Source: an uncultured Chlamydiae bacterium (lineage in GTDB: Bacteria > Chlamydiota > Chlamydiia > Chlamydiales > SM23-39). From it: DNA of 64,000 nucleotides. Shown one piece after another: positions 11,935 to 21,481 of this stretch. The notes below the pieces were generated by a model that made no database searches, was not told where the DNA came from, and saw only the letters and a program-made list of their open reading frames with translations. The stretch is from positions 299,045-363,044 of the forward strand of contig CAITMJ010000009.1 in NCBI GenBank assembly GCA_903893545.1, written 5' to 3'. The stretch's first letter is position 1. Each line of letters starts with the position of its first letter. A program made the position numbers and the translations under genes.

Positions 11935-12454
11935 GTCTGAAACGATCCTCAAAGGCTATTTCGATGTGCAGCGAGATCTGATTGAACGCGCCGACGGAAA
12001 ACAGCTCCCCTACTCCCACTGCGTCCTTCCAACACATGCGGCAGTGGTCATCGGAGAGACCTCAGATGGCCGCTTTATCCTCAACCGCGAATATAGGCAC
12101 CCAACTAGACAGTACATCTTGGGATGTCCAGGCGGTAGCCTCCACGAAGGAGAAGACCCGGTTGTCGGCGGCCTTCGCGAATTTTCTGAAGAATCTGGCT
12201 ATAGCTCCGATTCTATCGAGCTGATCGGCGTCTCCTACGCCATGCCCGCCATCTGCAATCAAAAAATTTATTTTCTTTGGGCCAAAAATGCTTACCTAAA
12301 GGGGAGTCAATCGCTCGATCCCTTTGAGTTCATTCATCCAGAGCTGAAAACAGAAAAAGAGCTGCGGCAAGAGCTTGCGTCTGGGGCCATCATCGACGGA
12401 CTTCTTCTCACAGCGCTTAGTTTTCGACGCTTAAAAATCTCCTCTACGCTATAA
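11912..12454 (+). CDS. Nudix hydrolase (ADP-ribose pyrophosphatase-like)
   Basis: The Nudix box is GGSLHEGEDPVVGGLREFSEESGY. The listed ORF start at 11726 would overlap pknD by 209 nt in another frame. A GTG at 11912 (VEKPKILKSE...) is the more plausible start, but this is uncertain. Confidence 0.7.
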   Translation: MEKPKILKSETILKGYFDVQRDLIERADGKQLPYSHCVLPTHAAVVIGETSDGRFILNREYRHPTRQYILGCPGGSLHEGEDPVVGGLREFSEESGYSSDSIELIGVSYAMPAICNQKIYFLWAKNAYLKGSQSLDPFEFIHPELKTEKELRQELASGAIIDGLLLTALSFRRLKISSTL

Positions 12455-12464
12455 TCATCCGCTT

Positions 12465-15269
12465 ATGAGTAGTATCCCCAAATCGTACGATCCAAAACTC
12501 GTTGAAGAAAAGTGGTATTCCTTTTGGAATGACAATGGGTTTTTCAAAGCTGATCCCAATTCTGGCAAAAAACCCTACTCCATCGTCATCCCCCCGCCAA
12601 ACGTCACAGGCGTGCTTCACATGGGCCATGCGCTCGTCGACACCTTACAAGACATTTTGATCCGCTGGAAGCGAATGCAGGGCTTTGAGACCCTCTGGGT
12701 GCCCGGCACAGACCACGCCGGCATCGCTACGCAAACAGTTGTCGAAAAACATCTCTTTGCAAAAACAGGAAAACGGCGAAAAGAGTTCGATAGAGAAGAG
12801 TTTCTTCGCCATGTTTGGCTCTGGAAAGAAGAGTCTCAAAGCAAAATTTTAGATCAGATCAAAAAGCTCGGCTGCTCTTGCGACTGGTCCCGCCTCCGTT
12901 TTACGATGGATGAGCATTTAAGCCGCGCGGTCAGAACTTGCTTTAAAAAAATGTACGATGATGGGTTCATTTACCGCGGCGATTACCTCGTCAATTGGGA
13001 TCCTGCGACACAGACTGCCCTTTCTGACGATGAAGTAGAACATGAAGAAAAAGAGAGTTTCCTCTGGCATATTCGCTACCCGTTTGCCGATGGAAGTGGA
13101 GAGCTCATTGTAGCCACCACCCGCCCTGAGACGATGCTCGGGGACACCGGCGTTGCAGTCCACCCGAGCGATCCGCGTTACGCGTCTGCGATCGGCAAAA
13201 AAATTCGCCTTCCCTTAACGGGCCGCCTGATTCCCGTCATTGCGGATCATTTCGTCGACCCAAAATTTGGCTCTGGCGCTGTAAAACTCACCCCTGCCCA
13301 TGACTTTAACGACTTTGAAGCAGCGGGGCGCCACCAGTTGCCGATGATCAACATTCTCACCCCCGATGCACACCTCAATGAGGAAGCGGGAGCCTTTCAG
13401 GGCCTCAGCGTCGAAAGAGGAAGAGAAGCCGTCGTAGCTGAGCTCAAAAAACAGGGCTTTCTTCTTAAAGTAGAGCCACACACTCTTCGCATCGGCCGGT
13501 CCTACCGCTCCAAAGCCATTGTTCAACCCTACCTATCTAAGCAGTGGTTTGTAAAAATGAGCCACTTTAAAGAGAAGCTGATCTCCGCTGTTCGAGACAA
13601 GCGCATTCATCTCATTCCCCCTCACTGGGAACAGACTTATTTTCATTGGATTGAAAACGTTCGCGATTGGTGTATTTCTCGCCAAATCTGGTGGGGACAT
13701 CGCATTCCCGTCTGGTATGAGAAGGCAAATCCTGAGAACACCATCTGCTACATTGGAGAAGGAGCGCCTCCCAATCCCGATCTCTACACCCAAGATAATG
13801 ACGTTCTCGACACCTGGTTTTCCTCAGCCCTTTGGCCATTTAGCGTCTTTGGATGGCCAGAGGCGACTGACGACTTAAAAACCTTTTACCCAACATCGAC
13901 GCTCATCACCGGCCATGACATCCTCTTTTTCTGGGTTGCCCGGATGATCCTCATGGGCGAATACGCCATGCACGATGTTCCCTTTAAGGAGACCTTTCTC
14001 CACGGCCTGATCTACGGCAAGTCCTACTGGCGCATGAACGACGAGGGCGCAGCCGTCTACGTCGGTCTTGAAGAGAAAAAAGCCTTTGATCTTGGAGCCC
14101 CAATCCCCCCTGGCGTTGAGAGCAAATGGGAAAAAATGTCGAAATCGAAAGGCAACGTGATCGACCCCCTTGAAATCATCGATAATTACGGCACAGACGC
14201 CCTTCGGATGGCCCTTACCTCGAGCGTGACTCACGCTCGGCAAATCGATCTCGACCTTCGCCGCTTTGAGGAATTTAAGAATTTTGCCAATAAAATCTGG
14301 AATGGGTCCCGCTTTGTCTTCATGAACTTAGAAGATTTAAGCGATGAAGAGCTTGTAGAAGGATTAGATCTTCATCTCCTTGCCTTAGAAGATCGCTGGA
14401 TCCTCTCTCTTCTAAACCGGACGATTGCCGAAATGAATAAGTCGTTGACGGAATATACTTTTGATCGGGCTGCGACCCTCTCCTATGAATTTTTCTGGAA
14501 CGACTTTTGTGCCATCTACGTAGAACTTGCAAAACCTGTACTTTTTGGAAAAACTGGGACGCCAGCAGCTAGAAAAAACAAGCAAAAGCTCCTCGCGATC
14601 CTCCTTTCAAACTCCATTCGCCTTATGCATCCGATCGCCCCCTTCATCACTGAAGAGATCTTTTCCAACTTAAAAGCCCAGTTTAAAAATATTAGCCACG
14701 GAAAAAAAACCGACCCCTATACCAAAGAGACTGTTGCCGCTCTTCTCTCCCCTGCCTGCATCCAAGCGCCCTACCCAACAGTGATTCAAGAAAAAGACAT
14801 CGATCTCCACACAGAAAAAGTCTTTGCCGCTGTCAACGAGCTTGTCCGCGCCATTCGAAACATCCGCACAGAAATGCAGATCCCTCCTCAGGAAAAAACA
14901 GACCTTCACATCACCGGCAACTATACTCTGGCCGAAGAGCACCAAGCGATCTTGCTCGCTCTAACCCCGACAGCCAAGATCGAATTTTCTACGGAAGAAA
15001 AACAAATCTTCGGCGCCAGCGTCATCATCGGGCCGATGAAACTCACCATCCCCATCCCAGAGTCTCTTCAACTACGCGAAAAAGCGCGCCTTGAAAAAGA
15101 GCTTGAAAAAGCACAAAAACTGTTAGAGTCCACTCGCGCAAAACTCTCGAATGCCGAGTTTCGATCCAAAGCGCCAAAAGAGATCGTCGGAAAGCTCGAG
15201 CTGACTGCGTCGCAAACCGATGCGCAAATCGCCGACATCCTCCAAAAACTCAAAAACCTATATTCTTGA
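12465..15269 (+). CDS. valS: Valine--tRNA ligase
   Basis: Class I motifs PPPNVTGVLHMGHAL and EKMSKSKGN are present. The protein has a CP1 editing region and a C-terminal coiled coil, and is 934 aa. Confidence 0.97.
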   Translation: MSSIPKSYDPKLVEEKWYSFWNDNGFFKADPNSGKKPYSIVIPPPNVTGVLHMGHALVDTLQDILIRWKRMQGFETLWVPGTDHAGIATQTVVEKHLFAKTGKRRKEFDREEFLRHVWLWKEESQSKILDQIKKLGCSCDWSRLRFTMDEHLSRAVRTCFKKMYDDGFIYRGDYLVNWDPATQTALSDDEVEHEEKESFLWHIRYPFADGSGELIVATTRPETMLGDTGVAVHPSDPRYASAIGKKIRLPLTGRLIPVIADHFVDPKFGSGAVKLTPAHDFNDFEAAGRHQLPMINILTPDAHLNEEAGAFQGLSVERGREAVVAELKKQGFLLKVEPHTLRIGRSYRSKAIVQPYLSKQWFVKMSHFKEKLISAVRDKRIHLIPPHWEQTYFHWIENVRDWCISRQIWWGHRIPVWYEKANPENTICYIGEGAPPNPDLYTQDNDVLDTWFSSALWPFSVFGWPEATDDLKTFYPTSTLITGHDILFFWVARMILMGEYAMHDVPFKETFLHGLIYGKSYWRMNDEGAAVYVGLEEKKAFDLGAPIPPGVESKWEKMSKSKGNVIDPLEIIDNYGTDALRMALTSSVTHARQIDLDLRRFEEFKNFANKIWNGSRFVFMNLEDLSDEELVEGLDLHLLALEDRWILSLLNRTIAEMNKSLTEYTFDRAATLSYEFFWNDFCAIYVELAKPVLFGKTGTPAARKNKQKLLAILLSNSIRLMHPIAPFITEEIFSNLKAQFKNISHGKKTDPYTKETVAALLSPACIQAPYPTVIQEKDIDLHTEKVFAAVNELVRAIRNIRTEMQIPPQEKTDLHITGNYTLAEEHQAILLALTPTAKIEFSTEEKQIFGASVIIGPMKLTIPIPESLQLREKARLEKELEKAQKLLESTRAKLSNAEFRSKAPKEIVGKLELTASQTDAQIADILQKLKNLYS

Positions 15270-15286
15270 AACAAGGAGTTCTTCAA

Positions 15287-16435
15287 TCATATTGAGCGAA
15301 ATTGTGCAGTTCTTGTCGCTTTTCCTTCAAAGGAATACCTTTCTAGTTTTTCCTGACATCCGATTCGATTAAACCGCCCCATCCATTTTATGATGTAGAT
15401 AGAGAGCTCATACTGCTCTTCTTGAGAAAGCTCGATGATGAGCTCTTGAATGGGAAATAAAGGGAGATAGTCTCCAACAAACTGATAAAAATTACGCAGC
15501 ACTGGTTCAGCTGGTATTCTTCTGGAATTTACAGCAAGTTGCAAGTCTAAAGAAGCATCTTCACAGTCCATGCGAATCCAGTCCATTTTTTCAAAGAAAT
15601 TGATCATTTCAATACGAAACAAAACTTCTCTAGGCGGATATTTTTCGACGATAAAATTGCAAAGAAGTTTTCTGCTCGAAAAGAGAAGATTCCAATCGCT
15701 GTTTTGGAGGACCTCTTTAATTTCTAAGGAAGGATAGATCTGACTGAACAGCTCTAAAAAGCGATTAAATTCTCCAGATCGACATAGAAGCGCTGTAAGC
15801 TCTACGCATTCCTTGCAAATCTCTTCATAATGCTCGGGAAAAGAGCCTTCTGCTAGTGCATCTTTAATAAAACTGAAAAATAACATAATATTTTCAGATG
15901 TTGCTTCTTCTTCCATATATGCAAGCAAATGTATTGCAAGATGCCGGAGAGTCCCGGGAGAGTATTTAGGGAAAACTTTATTCAGAGAACAATCGGGATA
16001 AATAAGAGAAAAAGCACTGTTAAATTCGCCAACAAAAACATTTAAAAATTCCAAATCATTTTCTTGATCGGCTTTCGAGATTTTATCAGAGAGAGTCCGG
16101 CAAATTTCGATTGCTTTTTCCTTGGAAAAAACAAAATCTATAGGAACTGGTTCTTGCACCGGTATCATCAGAGGAGGCAAAGAAATAAACTCCATGGATT
16201 TACTGAATCTCAGTTCCATTTGAGTCACAATTGGACTTTTGACTTCAACGGCATTCTGGTCTTTGCAGCAGCATGCAGCGCCTATGTAACTAAAAATATT
16301 TGCCACGAAATCTACGACTTGTTCCGTTCCTGTAAAGCGAGCATTTTCCTGCTCAACCCTCTCCTGAAAATTTGTGACGTCTTGCAAAGTGGGATACGGC
16401 TGCGATACATTAGAAATAAATTGATAAATCGTCAT
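15287..16435 (-). CDS. Hypothetical protein, paralog A of a tandem pair
   Basis: It shares collinear blocks with the upstream gene: FPKYSPGTLRHLA vs FPKYSHGTIHCLA, EKYPPREVLFRIEMINFFEKM vs EQYPPREVIFRIERINFFETM, and FYQFVGDYLPLFPIQE vs FYQLVGEYLPFFPIQE. The region is AT-richer. Confidence 0.6.
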   Translation of the reverse strand: MTIYQFISNVSQPYPTLQDVTNFQERVEQENARFTGTEQVVDFVANIFSYIGAACCCKDQNAVEVKSPIVTQMELRFSKSMEFISLPPLMIPVQEPVPIDFVFSKEKAIEICRTLSDKISKADQENDLEFLNVFVGEFNSAFSLIYPDCSLNKVFPKYSPGTLRHLAIHLLAYMEEEATSENIMLFFSFIKDALAEGSFPEHYEEICKECVELTALLCRSGEFNRFLELFSQIYPSLEIKEVLQNSDWNLLFSSRKLLCNFIVEKYPPREVLFRIEMINFFEKMDWIRMDCEDASLDLQLAVNSRRIPAEPVLRNFYQFVGDYLPLFPIQELIIELSQEEQYELSIYIIKWMGRFNRIGCQEKLERYSFEGKATRTAQFRSI

Positions 16436-17520
16436 ATACCGCGCGCCGCCAGAATGTGTGCAGTTCTCGCAGGGCTTTCTTTAGGGAAATAAGCTTCGAG
16501 TTTTTGGTGACATATTGTTCGATTGAACGCCTTTATCCATTCCATAATGAGTCCACAAAGCAAGCATTGCTCTTTTTGAGAAAGCTCGACGACTTTTTCT
16601 TGGATCGGAAAAAATGGAAGATACTCCCCCACCAACTGATAAAACTTAGCGAGCTCCGCTTCTAACGGTAAATATTTGGAAACTACAGCCTTTACGAATT
16701 CGATAAAAACATCTTCACATTGGACACGAACCGATTTCATTGTTTCAAAAAAATTGATCCTTTCAATACGAAATATAACTTCTCTCGGCGGATATTGCTC
16801 AATAATGAACTGACAAAGAATTTTTCTATTTGTAAAGAGAAGACCTATCTCCGTTTTCTTGAGCGCCTCATGAATTTCCAAAACAGGATATATCTGCTTA
16901 AAGAAATATAAAAAGCGACTAAATTTCCGCCCTCGATCCGGATCTTTGTTGGGAATTTCCGTGAGCTCAACGCATTCTCTGCGGATTTTTTCATAATTAT
17001 TGAAAAGCAGGTTCTTTGGCATTCCATCTGCAATTTCACTTAAAAATTGTTTAATCTTTACCGACTGCTCATCTCGTTCTATATACAAGAGCAACTCAGA
17101 CGCTAGACAATGGATGGTTCCATGGGAGTATTTAGGAAAAAATTGATCTAGAGAGCAGTTTGGATAAACGTTTGCAAAACTCTCATTAAATTTCGAAGTA
17201 AAATAATCTAAAAAATCTAGATCGTTTTTTTCTTTGGCTTTCAATATTTGACCAGAGAGAATCCGGCAAGTTTTCGTCAGGTTCTCTTTTGAAAAAGGAA
17301 AATCTCTGATCGATCTTTGCTCTACTTTTATGGGAGGAGGCAAAGGATCGCGAGGGATAGAACGAGAGATTTCTTGCTGTAAAGTGGCTACCTTTCTCAT
17401 CGTTATTTCATGGATTTGTATTTGCAAAGAATCGTTATGGGCAGGCACAATTTTTTTATTTCCAGTCGGCAACTGGATGTAATTTGCCGAAAAAGCGGAA
17501 AGACAGTTCAAAGCACTCAT
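16432..17520 (-). CDS. Hypothetical protein, paralog B of a tandem pair
   Basis: It shares the same sequence blocks listed for paralog A. Its stop overlaps the paralog A start in an ATGA junction (16432-16435). Confidence 0.6.
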   Translation of the reverse strand: MSALNCLSAFSANYIQLPTGNKKIVPAHNDSLQIQIHEITMRKVATLQQEISRSIPRDPLPPPIKVEQRSIRDFPFSKENLTKTCRILSGQILKAKEKNDLDFLDYFTSKFNESFANVYPNCSLDQFFPKYSHGTIHCLASELLLYIERDEQSVKIKQFLSEIADGMPKNLLFNNYEKIRRECVELTEIPNKDPDRGRKFSRFLYFFKQIYPVLEIHEALKKTEIGLLFTNRKILCQFIIEQYPPREVIFRIERINFFETMKSVRVQCEDVFIEFVKAVVSKYLPLEAELAKFYQLVGEYLPFFPIQEKVVELSQKEQCLLCGLIMEWIKAFNRTICHQKLEAYFPKESPARTAHILAARGI

Positions 17521-17664
17521 AGTTCTTAAATTTTTCCGTAATTATTAATTTTGTGAAACAAATCTTGAAAAGAGGCGACTATCATACCCTTTCCTTCCTT
17601 TTTTGTCTCCTGATAAACTTGTATTTGCGATTCTTCTCCCATCCATGGTAAAACCTAAGAACCT

Positions 17665-18672
17665 ATGATCCTCGCCTCCCCCGATGAACTAGAAAAAGAG
17701 CTCCCTGGCCGCGGCCCTCTTCCTTTCCGAGCAGCAGCCGCTAAAATTCTACGCAATGAGGAGCCACGGATAGCCCTTCTTTTAGGCCCATGTTCGATTC
17801 ACAATCCTGAAGAGGCTCTCGCATTTGGCCAAAAAGTCAAAGATCTGCAAGAGCGCCTTTCCCATTTCTTTCTCATTATGCGGGTGTTTTTTGAAAAGCC
17901 CCGCTCGCGCCTCGGCTGGAAAGGGCTCATGTACGACCCTTTTCTAGACAGCTCGAATAATTTGGAAGAAGGGCTCAGAAGATCGCGTAGGCTTCTCTTA
18001 GATTTAACCGATTTAAACGTCCCTTGCGCAACGGAATTTTTAGAGCCTCTCGTCGCTCCCTACCTGGCCGATTTGATCACATGGGGCCTCATTGGAGCCA
18101 GGACAAGCGCTTCTCAGCCACACCGGCAATTGGCCTCTGGCTTTGATTTCCCGATTGGATTTAAAAATGGGGTCTATGGAGAACTAGAGCCGGCATTGCA
18201 TGGGATAGCTTCAGCCCAAATACCCCATACCCACTTCTCGATCGATCGAAGCGGCAGGCTCGCCGCCGTTCAAACGACAGGCACTTCTTTAGCCCACCTT
18301 GTCTTACGGGGCAGTGAAAAAGGGGCCAACTGCGAGGAGGCGCATATTCAAGCGGCCTTGCAAGCGCTCCGGGCGCATCATTTAGAAGAGCGGCTGGCCA
18401 TCGATTGCTCTCATGGCAATAGCGGCAAAGACCCCAAGAGGCAAAAGTGGGCGTTTGAAATGGCTATTTCACAGATCGAAGCGGGCAACCGAGCTATCCG
18501 CGCGGTCATGCTCGAGAGCAACCTCTCCCCTGGCAAACAACCGCTCAGCGAAGACCTCCGTTACGGCGTATCGATCACGGATGCCTGCCTTGGCTGGGAA
18601 GAGACGGAAGAGCTCGTCTTGCGAGCAGAAGAGCGGTTATCCTTAACGTCTATGAGCTCTGTCCAAAAGTGA
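17665..18672 (+). CDS. aroG: 3-deoxy-7-phosphoheptulonate (DAHP) synthase, class I alpha (AroG/F/H-like)
   Basis: It is collinear with E. coli AroG blocks recalled from memory: GPCSIH, MRVFFEKPRS..GWKG, GARTSASQPHRQLASG, GFKNG, IDCSHGNS and ITDACLGWEETE. Confidence 0.9.
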   Translation: MILASPDELEKELPGRGPLPFRAAAAKILRNEEPRIALLLGPCSIHNPEEALAFGQKVKDLQERLSHFFLIMRVFFEKPRSRLGWKGLMYDPFLDSSNNLEEGLRRSRRLLLDLTDLNVPCATEFLEPLVAPYLADLITWGLIGARTSASQPHRQLASGFDFPIGFKNGVYGELEPALHGIASAQIPHTHFSIDRSGRLAAVQTTGTSLAHLVLRGSEKGANCEEAHIQAALQALRAHHLEERLAIDCSHGNSGKDPKRQKWAFEMAISQIEAGNRAIRAVMLESNLSPGKQPLSEDLRYGVSITDACLGWEETEELVLRAEERLSLTSMSSVQK

Positions 18673-19070
18673 TGTTTCCAAACCTCTAAGACTTCTTTCT
18701 CTTTTGTGACCACTTCGACTTTGTACGTTAAAATCCGTAAATTCTTGTCTTCAGTCGGAAAGTAAAGATCGACAAAGTCCCGCTTTCTCTCAACGGGGCG
18801 AACGAAACATTGCTCTGAATTATCCCAAAGCCGGACGGTGATGAGGAGGCTTAATTGCCGATCGAATTGACTCTTTGGAAAATCCCATTTTACAAGGAGT
18901 TTTTGCCCATTTGGCGGGTGAGCTCTTCTCGGATCTGGTGTATCTATATGCGTGCTTGCAAGGTGTTTTCCATCGATCCACTCTTGCTGCACGTAGAGAT
19001 GATTTTTATAACATCCAGAGAGAAGCAAAACCTTGAGAAAAAGGAGAGAAAAGAGTACTTTTTTTTGCAT
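18561..19070 (-). CDS. Hypothetical lipoprotein
   Basis: The N-terminus MQKKVLFSLLFLKVLLLSGC has a lipobox (LLSGC). The start was taken at the second Met (19070). The 3' end overlaps the convergent aroG by 112 nt. Confidence 0.5.
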   Translation of the reverse strand: MQKKVLFSLLFLKVLLLSGCYKNHLYVQQEWIDGKHLASTHIDTPDPRRAHPPNGQKLLVKWDFPKSQFDRQLSLLITVRLWDNSEQCFVRPVERKRDFVDLYFPTEDKNLRILTYKVEVVTKEKEVLEVWKHHFWTELIDVKDNRSSARKTSSSVSSQPRQASVIDTP

Positions 19071-19572
19071 GAAAGATCCAGAAAGCATTGCCGGTGTCGT
19101 ATTTTCTCCCGACCGATCTCAGGTCCTTCTCATTCTTCGAAGAGATGTTCCTCTCTGGGTTCTTCCCGGAGGCAGCGTCGATCCAGGAGAAACGGCAGAA
19201 CAAGCAGTCGTAAGAGAGATTTTGGAAGAAACCGGCTTAACTGTCAAAATCGATCGCCTCATCGGCCGTTATTATCCGATCAACCGACTGGCCAAGCGAA
19301 CCATTGTCTACGAATGTTCTTTGATTGCGGGCACTCTTAAAACGACAGAAGAGACTAGGGGCGCCGAGTTTTTTCCCCTCTCCGCACTTCCGCCGCAGCC
19401 GCCTCCCTATCCAGAATGGATTCAGGAAGCCTACTCTTTAAAGCTGCCGATTACGCGCGATCTTACCTCTGTCAACTACCGAACTCTTTTCAAGTACTTA
19501 CTCTTCCACCCCATTCTCGTGTTCCGGTTTCTCTTTGCCCGGGCCGGCCTTTCCATCAATACGAAGGGTTAA
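19069..19572 (+). CDS. Nudix hydrolase
   Basis: The Nudix box is GGSVDPGETAEQAVVREILEETGL. The start was taken at MKDPESIAGVVF (19069). The upstream Met at 19033 is also possible. Confidence 0.75.
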   Translation: MKDPESIAGVVFSPDRSQVLLILRRDVPLWVLPGGSVDPGETAEQAVVREILEETGLTVKIDRLIGRYYPINRLAKRTIVYECSLIAGTLKTTEETRGAEFFPLSALPPQPPPYPEWIQEAYSLKLPITRDLTSVNYRTLFKYLLFHPILVFRFLFARAGLSINTKG

Positions 19573-19632
19573 GAAAAAGAATTCACCGCAGAGGTCGCAG
19601 AGGAAAATATTGATTCTCTCTGGGGTGAATTT

Positions 19633-21030
19633 TTATTGCTGATCTGGATGGACCATTTTCTTAAGGTCGACCAGAGCGTCGAACTTTTCGGGGGAAAGGA
19701 TGCCGAGCTTGATAGCGGCGCTTTTTAAGCTGATGTCTTCCTGATAGGCTTTATGGACGATTTTAGCCGCTTGGTCGTAGCCGATTGACTCATTGAGCGC
19801 AGTCGCCAGCATGAGCGATTTTTCCACATATTCGGCGAGGCGCTTGCGGTTTGGCTGGATGCCGATGAGGCATTTATCGCAAAAGGCGTTCACGCCGTCG
19901 GCTAAGAGATGGATCGATTGGATGAGGTTATGGATCATGAGGGGTTTATAGACGTTGAGCTCAAAATTGCCCTGCGATCCTGCAATGGCAATGGCCGCAT
20001 CGTTGCCTATCACTTGGACTGCGACCATGGTCAACGCTTCACATTGGGTTGGGTTAACTTTACCTGGCATGATGGAAGAGCCGGGTTCGTTTTCTGGCAA
20101 GAAAAGCTCATGTAGGCCACAGCGAGGACCCGAACCGAGCCAACGGATGTCGTTGGCGATCTTCATCAATGCAGTCGCTGTTTGCCTGAGAGCTCCGCTC
20201 ATGCCGACGATGGCGTCGTGTGCGGCTAGCGTTGCAAATTTATTGGATGCCGTAGAAAAGAGAACGCCGGTCAGTTCGCTGATGATCTCACAAACTCTTG
20301 TGGGGAATTTAAGAGGGGCGTTAAGGCCGGTTCCAACGGCTGTGCCTCCTAGAGCAAGCTCTGAGAGGGGCTCGAGGAAAGACTCAATGGCATCGATGGC
20401 GTATTTGATTTGCGCGGCATAGCCGGAGAACTCTTGGCCGAGTGTAATTGGAGTTGCATCCATGAGGTGGGTTCTTCCCACTTTGATAAGATCGCGAAAC
20501 TCATGGGCTTTTTGATCGAGCACCTGGTGGAAGTGGGCAAGGGCGGGGAGTAGTTTTTTTCGGAGTAGAAGCGTTGCAGAGATGTGCATTGCGGTGGGAA
20601 ATGCACAGTTAGACGACTGAGAGCGGTTGACGTCGTCATTGGGGTGGATCGGTTTTTTAGAACCTAAGACTCCCCCCGCTTTTTCAATGGCTTTATTGCC
20701 AATCACTTCATTGACGTTCATGTTGGTCTGTGTGCCAGAGCCGGTCTGCCAGACGAGAAGTGGAAAATGACCATCGAGTTTGCCTTCTAGGATCTCATCG
20801 GCTGCATAGCGGATAAGATCCCGTTTTTCTTTCGAAAGGACATTTAGCTCAGCGTTGGCAATCGCTGCGGCCTTTTTGATGATTGCAAGAGCGTAGATCA
20901 CTTCGATGGGCATTTTTTCACAGCCAATGTTAAAGTTTTGGAGCGAGCGTTCGGTTTGCGCTCCCCAATACTTATCGGCCGGGACTCTGATCTCGCCCAT
21001 GGTGTCTTTTTCTATCCGCTCTTTAGTCAT
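19633..21030 (-). CDS. fumC: Fumarate hydratase class II
   Basis: The signature [15 protein letters not shown] is present. The N-terminus ([10 protein letters not shown]) and the 465-aa length are typical. Confidence 0.95.
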   Translation of the reverse strand: MTKERIEKDTMGEIRVPADKYWGAQTERSLQNFNIGCEKMPIEVIYALAIIKKAAAIANAELNVLSKEKRDLIRYAADEILEGKLDGHFPLLVWQTGSGTQTNMNVNEVIGNKAIEKAGGVLGSKKPIHPNDDVNRSQSSNCAFPTAMHISATLLLRKKLLPALAHFHQVLDQKAHEFRDLIKVGRTHLMDATPITLGQEFSGYAAQIKYAIDAIESFLEPLSELALGGTAVGTGLNAPLKFPTRVCEIISELTGVLFSTASNKFATLAAHDAIVGMSGALRQTATALMKIANDIRWLGSGPRCGLHELFLPENEPGSSIMPGKVNPTQCEALTMVAVQVIGNDAAIAIAGSQGNFELNVYKPLMIHNLIQSIHLLADGVNAFCDKCLIGIQPNRKRLAEYVEKSLMLATALNESIGYDQAAKIVHKAYQEDISLKSAAIKLGILSPEKFDALVDLKKMVHPDQQ

Positions 21031-21042
21031 GCAAAAACCTCT

Positions 21043-21471
21043 TTATTTAATCAATAGAAGGGCAAAGACGAAGGCGAAGATCGCAAACGTCTCAACAATG
21101 GCCAAGGCAGTAAATGCTTTTCCAAAAACAGCCGGCTGTTTGGCTGAAGCTTGGATCGCTGTCGCTGCGCACTTGCCCTGAAAAACAGAGGAGAAGAGGA
21201 TGGCAAGCCCTACAAAAAGGCCGATACCAATGCCGCTTAAAGCGGTGAGATTCCCTTCCCGAATGCTGTTATTCATAATGACCATAAGCAAAAATCCGTA
21301 AATCGACTGAGAAGATGGAACGGCAGAAAGGGCGATGAACTTAGCATGTCCCTCTTCTACGCGGGTCATTGCCCCGTGAGAAGCCATCCCTGCAATTCCA
21401 CAGCCAATCGAGCTGCCTAAGCAACCAAGGCCGAGTACGATGGCAGGGCCAACCATGTCATAATTTGTCAT
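21043..21471 (-). CDS. atpK: V-type ATPase proteolipid subunit K
   Basis: This is a 142-aa Gly/Ala-rich four-helix hydrophobic protein with a conserved Glu in the last helix (AIVETFAIF). It is the last gene of the V-ATPase operon. Confidence 0.85.
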   Translation of the reverse strand: MTNYDMVGPAIVLGLGCLGSSIGCGIAGMASHGAMTRVEEGHAKFIALSAVPSSQSIYGFLLMVIMNNSIREGNLTALSGIGIGLFVGLAILFSSVFQGKCAATAIQASAKQPAVFGKAFTALAIVETFAIFAFVFALLLIK

Positions 21472-21481
21472 AAAAATACCT

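Noticed and set aside
19579-19632. Inverted repeat GAATTCACC...GGTGAATT between the Nudix gene and fumC, considered as a bidirectional terminator
   Set aside because: The stem arms are separated by a ~36-nt loop and there is no clear U-tract, so the support is too weak to annotate.
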